From assembly GCA_951406725.2 (NCBI GenBank), contig OX597818.1:18476001-18540000 (forward strand): 64,000 nucleotides of DNA. The letters are read 5' to 3'. Both the position numbers and the translations under genes were made by a program. Positions 28,106 through 40,351 of this stretch are shown piece by piece. Positions within the stretch are counted from its first letter, which is position 1. Every line of letters begins with the position of its first letter. Source of the DNA: Octopus vulgaris. Its lineage: Eukaryota. A model generated the notes under the pieces. That model saw only the letters and a list, made by a program, of their open reading frames with translations. It was not told the origin of the DNA and made no database searches.

Positions 28106-28617
28106 GAAAGATCCAAGACCGGGCGTTGTGTGTGTTTATTGAGCGAAAACACCTAAAGCTCCACGAGACTCCGCAACTTTCTCTCACTCTTTCTTCTGTT
28201 GGCCTGCTCGTTTAGCCAGCAGGGTGGCGTCATTTGAAGGCTAAAACAATGCGAAACGCATTGTGACCAGCGACGTGTAGCAACATCTGATATCCTGGTC
28301 GGCCACGTGATCACGTGATATATATATAAAAACATATATGTGTGTGTATATATGTGATTGTGAGCGTAGATGTTTGCAGGTGCGAGTATATGGGTGATGC
28401 GGGTACATGTGTGGCAGTTGTGTCTATGATATGTCGTAACAATTGTGTTTCCATTCTTCCAAGTGTCAGACTAACAAATTTTGATCGTCAACCAACTCCG
28501 TCTAGTTTCTTTGTTTTTGTTTTCTGCCATCACTGTGTGTGTGTGTATAGACATGCACATATATACATATATGATCATATATATATATGTATATATAAAT
28601 ATATATATATATATATA

Positions 28618-28973
28618 CAGGGTGTATAAGGTATTTGAGGACATACCTATTTTGGGTCACTGCTGCAATTTTTGCTAACTCTGTATAATCTTTGTTTCAG
28701 AAAATAATAATGGCCGACACTCACCTCACTCAAGAAATGAAGAGGTTTGTTGCTGTTATTGTGGTTATAAATGCTGAGCATAGCGATTTAGTAATATCTC
28801 GACTTTCAAAAGTTGTCAGATCTTTTGTCTACAGAGTTTGGAAGGAACTAGAGACTGAAGATGGAATCGTATGACTTGTATAAAAGCATAAAGAGCATTC
28901 TAAACGATCTGAAATCATCAGAACTCCTGAATTTACCAAGTAAGTTCAATAGACAACTGATTACAATCCCAGA

Positions 28974-28974
<1 letters not shown>
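28618..28974 (+). mobile_element. Tc1/mariner (maT-like) 5' remnant
   Basis: TA|CAGGGTGT terminus; MKRFVAVIVVINAEHSDLVISRLSKVVRSFVYRVWKEL resembles a paired-type HTH. Confidence 0.6.
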
Positions 28975-29008
<34 letters not shown>

Positions 29009-29024
29009 TATGCGCGCGCGCATG

Positions 29025-29230
29025 TGTGTAGTAGGAAGCTTGCTTCCCAACCACTTGACAAACGGTGCTGGCGTCTTTACGTCCCCGTAACGTGGAGGTT
29101 CGGCAAAAGGGATTTAAAGAGGAAGTACTAGGCTTAAAAAATAATTCATGGGGTCGATTTGTTCGACTAAAACCCTTCAAGATGTTGCTCCAGCATAACC
29201 GCAGTCAAATGTCTGAAACAATTAAAATAA
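29025..29230 (+). mobile_element. Deleted copy of the 15650-type SINE
   Basis: GAAGCTTGCTTCCCAACCAC fused to TTGACAAACGG..TTTACGTCCCCGTAAC..CCAGCATAACCGCAGTCAAATG. Confidence 0.8.
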
Positions 29231-29322
29231 TAAAAAATTGGTCTTTCAAAATGTGACCTCGTGTGTACCGTTGACGATTTTTTCCCTCTGTCTTCCCTTT
29301 TCTGGATCTTTCCTTCTTCTAT

Positions 29323-29357
29323 GTTTCCGACGAAGAGCTCCGCTCGAAACGTTAAAC
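29323..29357 (+). ncRNA. Minimal type-I hammerhead ribozyme motif (core variant CCGACGA)
   Basis: GTTT-CCGACGA-A-GAGC-TCC-GCTC-GAAAC-GTT-AAAC: stem I GTTT/AAAC, stem II GAGC/GCTC, palindromic ACGT stem III. Confidence 0.7.
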
Positions 29358-29453
29358 CCTCCTTCTTTCCTTCTTTCCTGAGCGTCCAATAACACTATAT
29401 TTGTTCCACGTCCTCGCGTTGTTGTGTTTTTTTTTGTGCCTTCTTGTTTGGAT

Positions 29454-29529
<76 letters not shown>

Positions 29530-29647
29530 AGCACACATACGCATCTATATACATATATATATATATATATAAATACATACACACACACATACGCATCTAT
29601 ATACATATATATATATACACATACGCACATATATGTATGTGTGTGTG

Positions 29648-29688
<41 letters not shown>

Positions 29689-30154
29689 TATAAGTTTACG
29701 CTTATTTCTTTGCATGGATGTAATAATTTAAATTTATCTTTTTCTGTTTATTTATTTCACATAGATATTGGTCATAGCGTAAACTAATTGGTTTACATTA
29801 CGTATACTAATTGTAAGCTAATTAGTTGCAGGCACTTTCAGTGAATAAAACCCTTGATTAGACTATTAAGGTATTTTTGTGGATTTCATAGGAGTCTATT
29901 TACTTACACAGAATGCTGCGCACTACCATTCGTCTGTCTGTCCGTCTGTCTATCTATCTATCTATCTGTCTTTCTGCCTGTCTGTCTGTTTATCTGCTTG
30001 CTTGTCTGCCTTCCTGCCTGCCTGCATGTCTGTCTGTCTGCGTGCCTGTCTGTTTGCTTGTTTGTCTGAATATGTCTGACTCTGTCTATGTATGTATGTA
30101 TGTATGTATGTATGTATGTATGTATGTATGCATGTATCTATCTATCTACCTATA

Positions 30155-30205
<51 letters not shown>

Positions 30206-30288
30206 GTATCTATCTGTCTGTCTGTCTGTCTGTCTGCTTATCTATACATGTATACATATGATACATGCATATACCGATATGTACATAA

Positions 30289-30367
<79 letters not shown>

Positions 30368-31065
30368 GAAAGAGATTCACTGCGGCACACACGTAGAAAG
30401 TATCTCCTCTTATCAACCCTGGAGCGATTTGTCAAAAAAGAAAAAGAAAAAAAAACAGAACTAAGATGATGGAGATTATATGATCTTGTTTGAATTTATC
30501 ATCCTGTATGGAAATGATGTCGGTATGGGAGAAACAAGACTCACTTACACCAACATCCATGTTCTACAGACTCACAAATACGTATGCACAATCACAACAA
30601 CATAGAATGGTAAAGGCATACATACATACATACATGCGTGCGTACGTACACAAACGGCGTCATGTTAATAGGCGAGATCATAAACATGTACAGAGTGGGA
30701 AAAAAATCAAGACGATATCCTGAAATAGAACAATTTTAAGAATCTACTGAAGAGACCAGCTTATTCTAGTCTCCGTGGCGTCAAAAGTTATTACGTCATG
30801 AGAATAGAATAAATGACAATCTGAAGAGGGACTAGGTGACGTCGGGTTCTATGTGGACTGATATGATAAGTAGAAGAAAAGCGTGGTTTTGTGTGTGTGT
30901 AACTGTGTATATATATGGGTGCATGTATGTGTGTGTGTGTGTACGTGTGTGTGTTTGTGTACGTGTGTGTGTGTGTGGTAAACGAAATAAAGAGACAGGA
31001 AAATGTCACACAAATATGTAACAATTTTGGTTAGGTATAAGAATCCCGGTAACAAAACTAAGATA

Positions 31066-31631
31066 TTGGGTTGTCCGGAAAGTTCGTGCTGATTTATAGT
31101 AGCATACCTTTCGACTTATTTTAGAACATGGTTGAGTCCACAAAATAGGATTTGACTACACCTCCATTTAGAGCGCAGTTTAAGCTATCGTTTCGTAGAA
31201 GAAGGTTTATGTTCCTACAACCTGTGTTAATTCTGAAACCCTTTAAAATGGAAGATAAGAAAGCTCATTTTCGGCACTTGATGATTTGGGAACCAGACAA
31301 AAATTGCTGCAGCTGGGCTGGGATGTGTTACCACACCCTGCATATTCACCAGATATTTCTCCTTCGGATTTCCACTTATTCAGGTATCTGTAGAATATTC
31401 TTAATGGTAAAAATTTCAATTCCTTGGATGACGTAAAAATATACCTTGATGAATTCTTTACCATGAAACCACCTCAATTCTGGGAAGAGGGTATTTTCAT
31501 GGTAAATGAAAGATGGAGACGCATTGTGCAACAAAACGGTTCATATTTGGTTGATTAAAGATGTAATGGCAAGTATTTATTGAACGTTTTCTTTCCTTTA
31601 AAAATCGACACGAACTTTCCGGACAACCCAA
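31066..31631 (+). mobile_element. Internally deleted mariner (MITE-like) with TA TSDs
   Basis: TIRs TTGGGTTGTCCGGAAAGTTCGTG / CACGAACTTTCCGGACAACCCAA flanked by TA; [12 protein letters not shown] fused to [28 protein letters not shown]. Confidence 0.95.
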
Positions 31632-31885
31632 TATTACCGTGTATTACGCCTCTTCAAATATGTTTTAGAACATATTTGACCTGTACGAAGACCACGGAAA
31701 AACTCTCTCGCTTTACTCAAGAGGTATTGAATGATATCAACAGTCATTTCATATTCAGTACCCCTCATGCACTGCTCTCGGCAGAAAAGTACATGGGGAC
31801 TAGCGTCATGCATGATCAGTTCATCTTATGCTGCTGATTTACCATAACGACATACATGTTTCCGAAGTCACCTCAGACGCTAGAA

Positions 31886-32032
31886 TGGCTGTGTGGTCAG
31901 AAGTTTGATTCCCAACCACATGGTTCCGGGGTAGGTTCCACTGCGTGGCACCTTGGGCAAGTGTCTTCTACTACTCTAGCAGCTTTAATCTATGCAGAGG
32001 ATTTGGTAGAAAGAAACTGAAAGAGGCCCGTC
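31886..32032 (+). mobile_element. Head of 15650-type SINE (tail at 35845-36026)
   Basis: TGGCTGTGTGG..CCCAACCACATGGTTCC..CCTTGGGCAAGTGTCTTCTAC..GAAACTGAAAGAGGCCCGTC. Confidence 0.88.
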
Positions 32033-32072
<40 letters not shown>

Positions 32073-32086
32073 CTTACACTTTTGAT

Positions 32087-32301
32087 CCATAGATATGCGG
32101 AGAAAATCCCTGGAGAAGGACATCATGTTCGGAATGGTCAGTCGCAAGAGAGGAAGAGGCCGACCTAGAACCCGCTGACTTGACACCATCAACAGTGATA
32201 ACGGAATGGACATAGCCAATCTGAAAGAAGCTGTCCAGGATAGAACTGACTGGAGGACACTGATTCATCGAGTAACCGAGAGTCGACTTCGACTGGGCGG
32301 A
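32087..32301 (+). mobile_element. 3' fragment of RTE-clade LINE
   Basis: RRKSLEKDIMFGMVSRKRGRGRPRTR*LDTI..LKEAVQDRTDWRTLIHRVTESRLRL is a typical RTE/BovB C-terminus. Confidence 0.85.
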
Positions 32302-32320
32302 TATATATATATATATATGT

Positions 32321-35300
32321 ATAACTTAGAATAACTTAGAAAGGTTTTGGCCAGTATTGGCCCAGGCCATGTCTAACTTAATAGCACCACCTGGCGAAGT
32401 ATTTCAATTCAGGATTTGGGCACCAAGGCCCATTCGAGCAGAGAGTTATTGTTTGCGGAGACATATCCGGGTGTGGGTGGTTTGTCCGGGACTGTTTGAA
32501 GGAATTTGTCCAAAGACTTCTTGAATTTTGTGTGGTCAGTTTCTTTTTTGACGTGTGCTGGTGTAATGTTGAAGAGAGCGGGTCCAATTGAGGTGAAATA
32601 GTTGTGCCGTATTGTCGTTATGTGATGCGATTTAGATTTTTGTTGTGGGCGGATGGCACGTGGTCCAAGCCTTGGATGTATTTTGAAGGTGATGCCAACA
32701 TCATTCGGACAGTGCTGATGGAATATTTTCCACATCATACAGATAATGTAGCGTTCACGGCGTCGTTGGAGTGAATACAGTTTCAGCTTCTCTAGTCTAC
32801 CCCAGTAGTCAAGGTCTGACATGCCATCTATCTTTTTTGTGATTGACCTTTGGGGAGCTTCAATTCTCATAATATTTTGTTTTGTGTTGGCAGACCACAG
32901 TGGACAGCAGTATTCAAGGTGGGGTCGGGCAAAAGTGGAGAAGAGAAGGATAATAGTGTGGGAATCTCTCGACTGGAAGGTTCTGAGAATCCAGGAACAC
33001 ATTCTGCGGGCCATGTCAACTTTGCTGCTTATATGTGTAGCCCAGCTTATGTTGTTGTCCACTGTTACTCCCAAGTCTCTGATGTTGTTGGATGCCATGA
33101 GAATTTCTCCAGAAGGAAGAGAGTATGGGAGTTTCAGAGCGTCCTCCCTTCCAAAGTGGATCAGTTCGAATTTGTCTTTATTTAGCAACATGTTATTCTT
33201 TTCCACCCATTGGACAACAGCCAGTAGGTCTGACTGAAGGCTTATTCGGTCATCCACGCCATTGATGACCTTCTGGAGCTTGGAATCATCAGCGAAGGTT
33301 CTGATGTTACTGTGTTTGATGGTGTCAGTAATATCATTTATGTAGATGATGAAGAGAAGTGGGCCCAACACAGTGCCTTGTGGGACACCACTGCTGACTT
33401 TGGCTGGGCTGGATTTGACTCCTTCGACTACAACATGTTGGGTTCTGTTAGACAGGAAGCACTTGATCCACTGCAGCAGCTTTCCAGTGACACCAATATT
33501 GGACAGCTTTCTCAGAAGGATCTTATGATCAACCCTGTCAAAGGCCTTGCTGAAATCAAGGTAGATGACATCAGTGTTGGAACCCTCTCCCAAGGCTCTC
33601 AAAATGTCATCAAAATGATGCAGTAGCTGCGTCAGGCAATCTCTCCCATTACGGAATCCATGCTGGTTGGAGTTCAGCATATTATGACTCTCAAGGAAGT
33701 GAGTCATACGCGATCTCAGCACTCTCTCAAATACCTTAATGATATGAGAGGTGAGTGAGATTGGACGGTAATTCACGGCAAGCGATTTGTTTCCTTTTTG
33801 AAAACTGGGACAACAGACTGGGATAGAAGGTCTTCTGGTATATATCCAGCATCCAGTGAGTTCCGCCACAGATTGGCTAGAGGGGGTGCAAGTTGGTTTT
33901 GACACATCTTCAAGACACAAGCAGGGAACCTATCGGGACCTACTGCTGAATTATGCTTCATTTCCTTTATTGCTGCTAAGACATCAGGAGCGCCAAAGGT
34001 TATGTTCGATAAAGTGTATTGCGGAGTAACATCACTGATACAGCCCAGATCAGTCATATCAGGATTGCTGAAAACAGAGCAATATTGTTTTTGCAATATC
34101 TCTCCCATGGTTTTGGCATTGTCTTGAAGAGTACCATTTTCATCAATCAGAGGGCCAACAGTAGAACCAGTGACTCTGTGTTTTTTTTTGCAAATGAAAA
34201 GAACACTTTGGGATTGAGTTTGATCTTCTCAATGGCCCAGGCCTCTTCAGCTCTTCGCTGACTATTGATGATAGACATCATGTTGTTTTGGAGTTTATGT
34301 TTTTTAATCTCTAGCGACGAGATGGCAGTCAGGTTGGTGTGTTGCTGTTGACAGTATTTCAGCTTGTTGATTTTTTTGTTAATTCTTTTAATTTTCCTGA
34401 TGAGAGATTTTCTATTTCTAGGGATTCGACACTTAGATTTGTTTGCAGATTTTAATGGGGTGTGTTTTGCACATATGTTCGTAATGGTGTCTACAAATGA
34501 CTGCCAGGACTTTTTGATGTTAGTTGGTGTGTATGTGTGCGTGAAGGACCAATCGACTTGTGCAAGATCATTATTGATCGCTTCCCAGTTTGCATTGTGG
34601 AAATCCATAGTGTCAAATGGATGAACAGGAGGGATGACATTTGTTTTGCATTTTGGCCAGTGAAATCTCAGATCACAGAGAACCATGTCATGATCGGAGA
34701 GAAGGGTTTTCTCCACTGCAATATTGTGGATAGTATAAGTGTGATTGCTGAAAATTAAGTCTAAGACGTTTTTATGACATCTCGTTGGTTCGAGTACCAG
34801 TTGGGACAGGAAGAAATCATCCATGAAGTCAAGAAGCGATTCCACTGCCTCCCTGTCAGGGGTTGAGAGAGAAGAACCTGGCGGCAGACTGTTTGTAGAC
34901 CAGTCAACCCCGGGAAGGTTGAAATCTCCCATCATTAAAATGTTGTCAGGTTGACACTGCTGAATGAAACACTTTATGTTGTTGAGGAATTCCTTGAAGC
35001 ATGGTAGGGGCGGTTGGGGTGGTCTGTAGAGCCCAACTACTGTTAAGTTGTTGGTTTGACTGAATACAGCGACTGCTTCGCAGTATCCATTGGAAAATAT
35101 GTTCATGGCTTCTGTTGAGAATGAATCATGAACATAAATGGCAGTCCCACCCTTTCTTATGCCAGCACGATCAGCACGAATGGTTTTGAAATTTTTAACT
35201 TTCACCTCGGCTTCCAAGTGAAGGTTACTAAGATTGGTTTCAGTGAGGACGAAGAAAGGGATGTGGTTTGGATGGGCCTCGACCCAGTCCTCCAGGAATC

Positions 35301-35630
35301 TTCCATTTATGTGTATTGGTGGAAGGGCTGATGCCTTGGGCATTAAGCAAAAATGTTGAGGCGAGAGTGGATGGTTTTAATTGTTTTGGTGATTTGTTTA
35401 TTTGATTGCTTTTTAATGGCATGTGCAGTGGGGTAATAGTGGTGGATGGTGGTGGGTGATAGCTCGGATGTTTTTTTCCAGTTCTTTTGCTAGATTCATT
35501 ATAGCTAAAAAAGAGGAAGAAGAGGTTTCCTGTCTCGGGAACTGTAGGTGACTGTGGTTGTGGTTATATTTATATGAGTGGTTATTTCTATATGAGTCGT
35601 AGTTTTTTTTTTTGCTTTTATTTTTATTTA
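32321..35630 (-). mobile_element. CR1-type LINE, 5'-truncated in ORF1, complete but frameshifted ORF2
   Basis: APE endonuclease plus RT; 3' tandem tail (TCTAAGTTAT)2; flanked by (TA)n on both sides. Confidence 0.92.
32409..35422 (-). pseudogene. LINE ORF2 (APE endonuclease + reverse transcriptase) broken by three frameshifts
   Basis: LLNAQG (35240..35422); TET, GGTAIYV, GDFNLP, LDLIF, SDH (34147..35343); GPDRFP (33773..34108); YRPISLTS, YLDFSKAFDRV, SGVPQGTVLGP, FADDSKL (32409..33920). Confidence 0.92.
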
Positions 35631-35649
35631 TAATATATATATATATATA

Positions 35650-35781
<132 letters not shown>

Positions 35782-35844
35782 TACATATATGTATATGTGT
35801 GTATTTGTGCCCCTGTTTGCCCCCCCCCCTTACACACACACACA

Positions 35845-36026
35845 CCGCTTGAAAACTGGTGTTAGTGTATTTACGTCCCCATGACCAAGCGTTTCAGCGC
35901 AAAACACCGATAGAATAAGTACCAGGCTTAAACAAAAAGTGGAGTTGAATGGTTCGACTAAAAACTCTTCAAGGCGGTATCCAAACATGGTGGCAGTATA
36001 ATGACTGAATCAAGTAAACGGTAAAA
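35845..36026 (+). mobile_element. Tail of 15650-type SINE
   Basis: CCGCTTGAAAACTGG..TTTACGTCCCC..CCGATAGAATAAGTACCAGGC..TTCGACTAA..AATGACTGAA. Confidence 0.85.
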
Positions 36027-36556
36027 GGTTCTCTCTCTTATAGTACTCTGTGCTAATAATTGTCAAGAAGATAGAAATGCGTTTACCTTTCTGCCGAAGG
36101 AAGTCGCATTGAAATGACTATTGGTGTTTTTCAATACCTATTACTTAAAGCAATAAAGGTTGTCCACAGTCATTTACTAGTGAATACGATCTTTCTACAG
36201 GTCAAATATGTCTCAGATATATTCGAACTGATCTATATGTTTGTTCGCATCACTGCTTTCGTGCAACTATTACAACATACACATTTTAGTGAAATAGCAT
36301 AAATACTGGTTACTTTTTTTTTTATCAGAATGGAACAACTCTATCTCTGAACCTTTGAAGAGTTTCCTAGACTGATGGGAGAGAGTTAGGAATGTATCCC
36401 CAAATCGAAGATCTGGTAAACTCTTGTTACCAAGTAGACTTTGCTAATGGTTGCCAAAGACAAAGTTGTATTCTTAAACTAGGTGACCAATACAGTAGGT
36501 ATATCATAATTTGATCTCAGAATGCAAAGGAGTAGAACAGAAATTCTTCTCACTTG

Positions 36557-37476
36557 TTGACCTGCCTAAACTAGCATTTATTTTTATCGACTTTGGAAGT
36601 GAAGAAGGTACAGTTTAATTCGGAGGGATTTGAACTCAGAACGCAAGACACTAGAATATGTTCCGCAAGTAATTTCGTCCAATCCTCTAACAACTCTGCT
36701 AATTTGCCTAATGCTTTAACTACCCAGCTAATTCTCCCACTTAATTAAACAAATGAGTCGCTTTATAAATGGTAATGCATGACTTGCATTCAATTACAAA
36801 TGAATTTATACAACGGCATTACAACGTATGAGAAATGCAATACTAATCATGTTTGATGGCTACGACGTCAAAATATCATGGATTAAGATGCAGTTTGTTT
36901 GATGGCTACCACATCAACATTTTATGATTTGAGGTGTGGTCTATTTGATAGCAACGACGTCAAAATTTTATTAATTGATATGAGGTCTGCTTGATGGCTG
37001 AGACATCGAAATTTTCTGTATTGAGGTCTGGTCTGTTTAATGGTCTCTTTGAAGGAAACAAATTACAGTAATAAATTGTGGGGAAAATATCACAGAAAAA
37101 GGGTATAAGAAATGTTCTGTCAAATGGTTTGTTTTTTGCTGGATTTTTTTAGTGAATTTATTTATAATCAATCGTGATTAGTATTGCTTTTCCCATACAT
37201 TGTAATGTCGTTATATAAATTCAATTGCAATTAAGTACAAGTCATGCATTACCATTTATTAAGTGACCCATAAATGATATTTGTTTAATTAAGTGGGGGA
37301 ATTAGCAGGGTTGTTAAAGCATTGGGCAAATTAGCAGAGTCGTTAGAGCATTGGACGAAATTACTTGCGGAATATATTCGAGTGACTTGCGTTCTGAATT
37401 CAAAACACTCCAAATTAAACTGTAGCCTCTTCACTTCCAGAGTCGATAAGAATAATTACTAGTCTAGGCTGGTGAA
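36557..37476. repeat. Inverted duplication, ~300-bp arms (36557-36857 / 37167-37476)
   Basis: Arms are reverse complements, e.g. TTCCGCAAGTAATTTCGTCCAAT / ATTGGACGAAATTACTTGCGGAA and AAATGGTAATGCATGACTTG / CAAGTCATGCATTACCATTT. Confidence 0.9.
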
Positions 37477-39775
37477 ATTGCGAGATCGTCAACATTTTAT
37501 AAATTAAGATCTGGTGTGTTTTATGGCTATGATATCAAAATTTTACGAATTAAGGTCTGGTGTTTCATGGTAACGACGTCAAAATTTTGTGAATTGAGAT
37601 CTGGTTTTTTGGTGGCAATGCCGTCAAAATTATGTGAATTAAGGTCAGGTCTCTTTGATGGCTACAACATCAAAATTTTATGAATTAAGATCTGGTCTGT
37701 TTGAATGGTATGACACAAAATTTTATTATTGAGATCGGGTCTGTTTAAATGATACGACGTCAAAATTGTTTGAATTAAGACCTGGTATGTTTGAATGCTA
37801 TGGCGTCAAAGTTTTATAAATTACGTTCTGGTCTGTTTCAAGGCTACGACGTCAAAATTTTATGATTTAAAATCTGGTCTGATTGATGACTCCGACGTAA
37901 AAACTTTGTGAATTGATATCTGATCTATTTGAATAATAAGATTTGAACATTTTCTGAATGAAGATATGGTCTGTTTCAATGGTATGACACCAAAATGTTT
38001 TGTATTGAGATATGTCGGTGTTTGCATGATACAACGTCAAAATTTTATGAATTGCCATCTGGTCTGTTTGAATGATACGACGTTAAAATTTTAAGCATTG
38101 ACATCTGGTCTGTTTGAATGATACGAGGTCAAATTTTATGAATTGAGATCTACTGTTTGAATACTACAATGCCAAATCTTTATGAATTGAAATCTGGTCT
38201 GTTTAAATGCTACAACTTCAAAATTTTATGTATTAAGATCAGGTATGTTTAATAGCTACGAGGCCAAAATTTTATGAATTGAGGTCTGATCTGTTTGATG
38301 GCTGCAACGTCCAATTGTTATGAATTGAGATCAAGTCTATTCCATGGCTACGATGTCAGAATATTATGAAGTGAGAACAGGCGTCTTTGATGGATGACAT
38401 CAGAATTTTATGAATTTAGATCAGGACAGATTGAAGGCTACGGCTTCAAAATTTAATGCTTTGAGATCAGGTCTGTTTGATGGCTACGAAGTCAAAATTA
38501 TATGAATTAATATTTGGTTTGTTTGATGGTTACGACGTCAAAATTTTATGACTGTTATGATCAGGTCTGTTTGATGGCTACAAACTCAACGATTTATGAA
38601 TTTAAATCTGGTCTATTTGATGGCAACGATATCAAATGTTTATGCGTTCAGATATGGTCTGTTTGATAGCTACAACGTGAAAATTTGATGAATTGAGATC
38701 TACTCTGTTTGACGGCTACGGCTTCAAAATTTTATGAATTGAGATCAGGTCAGTTTGAAGGCTACGGTTTCAAAATTTTATGTCACGAGATCAGCTCTGC
38801 ATAATGGCTACATCACAATTATATGAATTGAGAACTGGTCTGCTGGATGGCTGTGACGTCAAAATTTTATGTATTGAGATCAGTTCCCTTTGATGGCTAC
38901 GACGTGAAAATTTCATGAATTGAGGCCTGGTCTGTTTGATGGCTACGACGACAGAATTGTATGAATTGAAATCTGATCTGTTTAATTGTTACGTCGACAA
39001 AAGTTTATAGAATAAGATCATGTGTGTGATGGATGATATAAAACTTTTATGAAATGTGATGGCTACAACGTCAAAATTGTATAAATTAATATCTAATTTG
39101 TTTCATGGCTACGACATCAAAATTTTATGAACTAAAAACCAGCTATATTTGATGTTTACGGCCTCAAAATTTTGTGAATTGAAATCTGATCTGTTTGATC
39201 ACTGCGTTGTCAGAATGTTATGAATTGACATCAGGTCTGTTTGAATGCTACGACAGCACAGTTTTATGAATTAAGAATTGGACTGCTGAATGCTACGGCG
39301 TCAAACTTTATGAAGAAGATCATGTCTGAATGATACGATGTTGAAATTTTATGCATTGAGATCAGGTCTGTTTGAATGCTAAAATTCCGAAACTTTATGA
39401 ATTGAAATCTGGTCTATTTGAATGATGCGACGTCAAAATTTTATGCCTTGAGATCAGGACAGTTTTATAGCTACGAGGCCAAAATTTTATGAATTTGAGG
39501 TCTGATCTGTTTCATGGCTACAACGTCAAATTGCTATGACTTGAGATCAAGTCTATTCGATGGCTACGACGTCAGAATATTATGAAGTGAAAACAAGCGA
39601 CTTTGATGGATGACATCAGAATTTTATGAATTGAGATTAGGCTAGATTGAAGGCTACGGCTTCAAAATTAAATGCATTGAGATTATGTCCGTTTGATTGC
39701 TACGAAGTTAAAATTTTATGAATTGAGTACATTATTTACATTTGACGGATATTTGTCTTCATCTTGTTTGCTGTT

Positions 39776-39821
39776 AACACAACGTTTCGGCTGATATACC
39801 CTTCAGCCTTCATCAGGTGTC
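39776..39821 (-). ncRNA. Minimal type-I hammerhead ribozyme
   Basis: GACAC-CUGAUGA-A-GGCUGA-AGGGUAUA-UCAGCC-GAAAC-GUU-GUGUU: intact core, stem I GACAC/GUGUU, 6-bp stem II, loopless ACGU stem III as described for PLE hammerheads. Confidence 0.88.
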
Positions 39822-39902
39822 TTGGGGAAATTTTGAACCTGAGTTCTCATTCTTAAGGTATTTTTCAATGTTATTATTATTGCTATTATTATTAGTATTA
39901 TT

Positions 39903-39977
39903 CAGGTCACTGCTTGGAATCGAACTCGGAATCTTGGGGCTAGTAGCCCACGCTCTTAACCACTACGTCATATGCCC
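39903..39977 (-). promoter_or_regulatory. tRNA-like internal Pol III promoter (A and B boxes) in the PLE 3' UTR
   Basis: Minus strand GGGCATA-TGACGTAGTGG-TTAAGAGCGTGGGCTACTAGCCCCAAGATTCC-GAGTTCGATTCC-AAGCAGTGACC. Confidence 0.8.
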
Positions 39978-40006
39978 GCGAGCAATTATGGAATGAATTT
40001 TAGGGC

Positions 40007-40351
40007 TTATAAATCTAATATTTTTCTATCCTTCCTTAATACCGGTTCCCATATACTACTCATATCTGCACTCAGTTTGCTCAGGAGATTGTTGTGTCCT
40101 GGCATATGTGCTGCTTCTTTTAGTTTTCGTATTTTCCAGTGGTATTCTCTGTCTATTATTTTAACTTCATCCCAGAGAGGGAGATGGTCTCCATTTTTCC
40201 ATACATGATCAGCTATACCCGATTTATCAATATCTCCTTGTGTCACTACTTTGCGATGTTCCTCTACCCTTATCTTGAGTGGGCGGTATGTTTCACCTTT
40301 GTATAACCTACCATAGCTGCATGGAATGGAATACACGTAGTCTTTGGTCAT
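40007..40351 (-). pseudogene. GIY-YIG endonuclease domain of Penelope-like element
   Basis: VYSIPCSYGRLYKGETYRPLKIRVEEH..SGIADH..KLKEA; upstream RT part contains stops. Confidence 0.9.
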
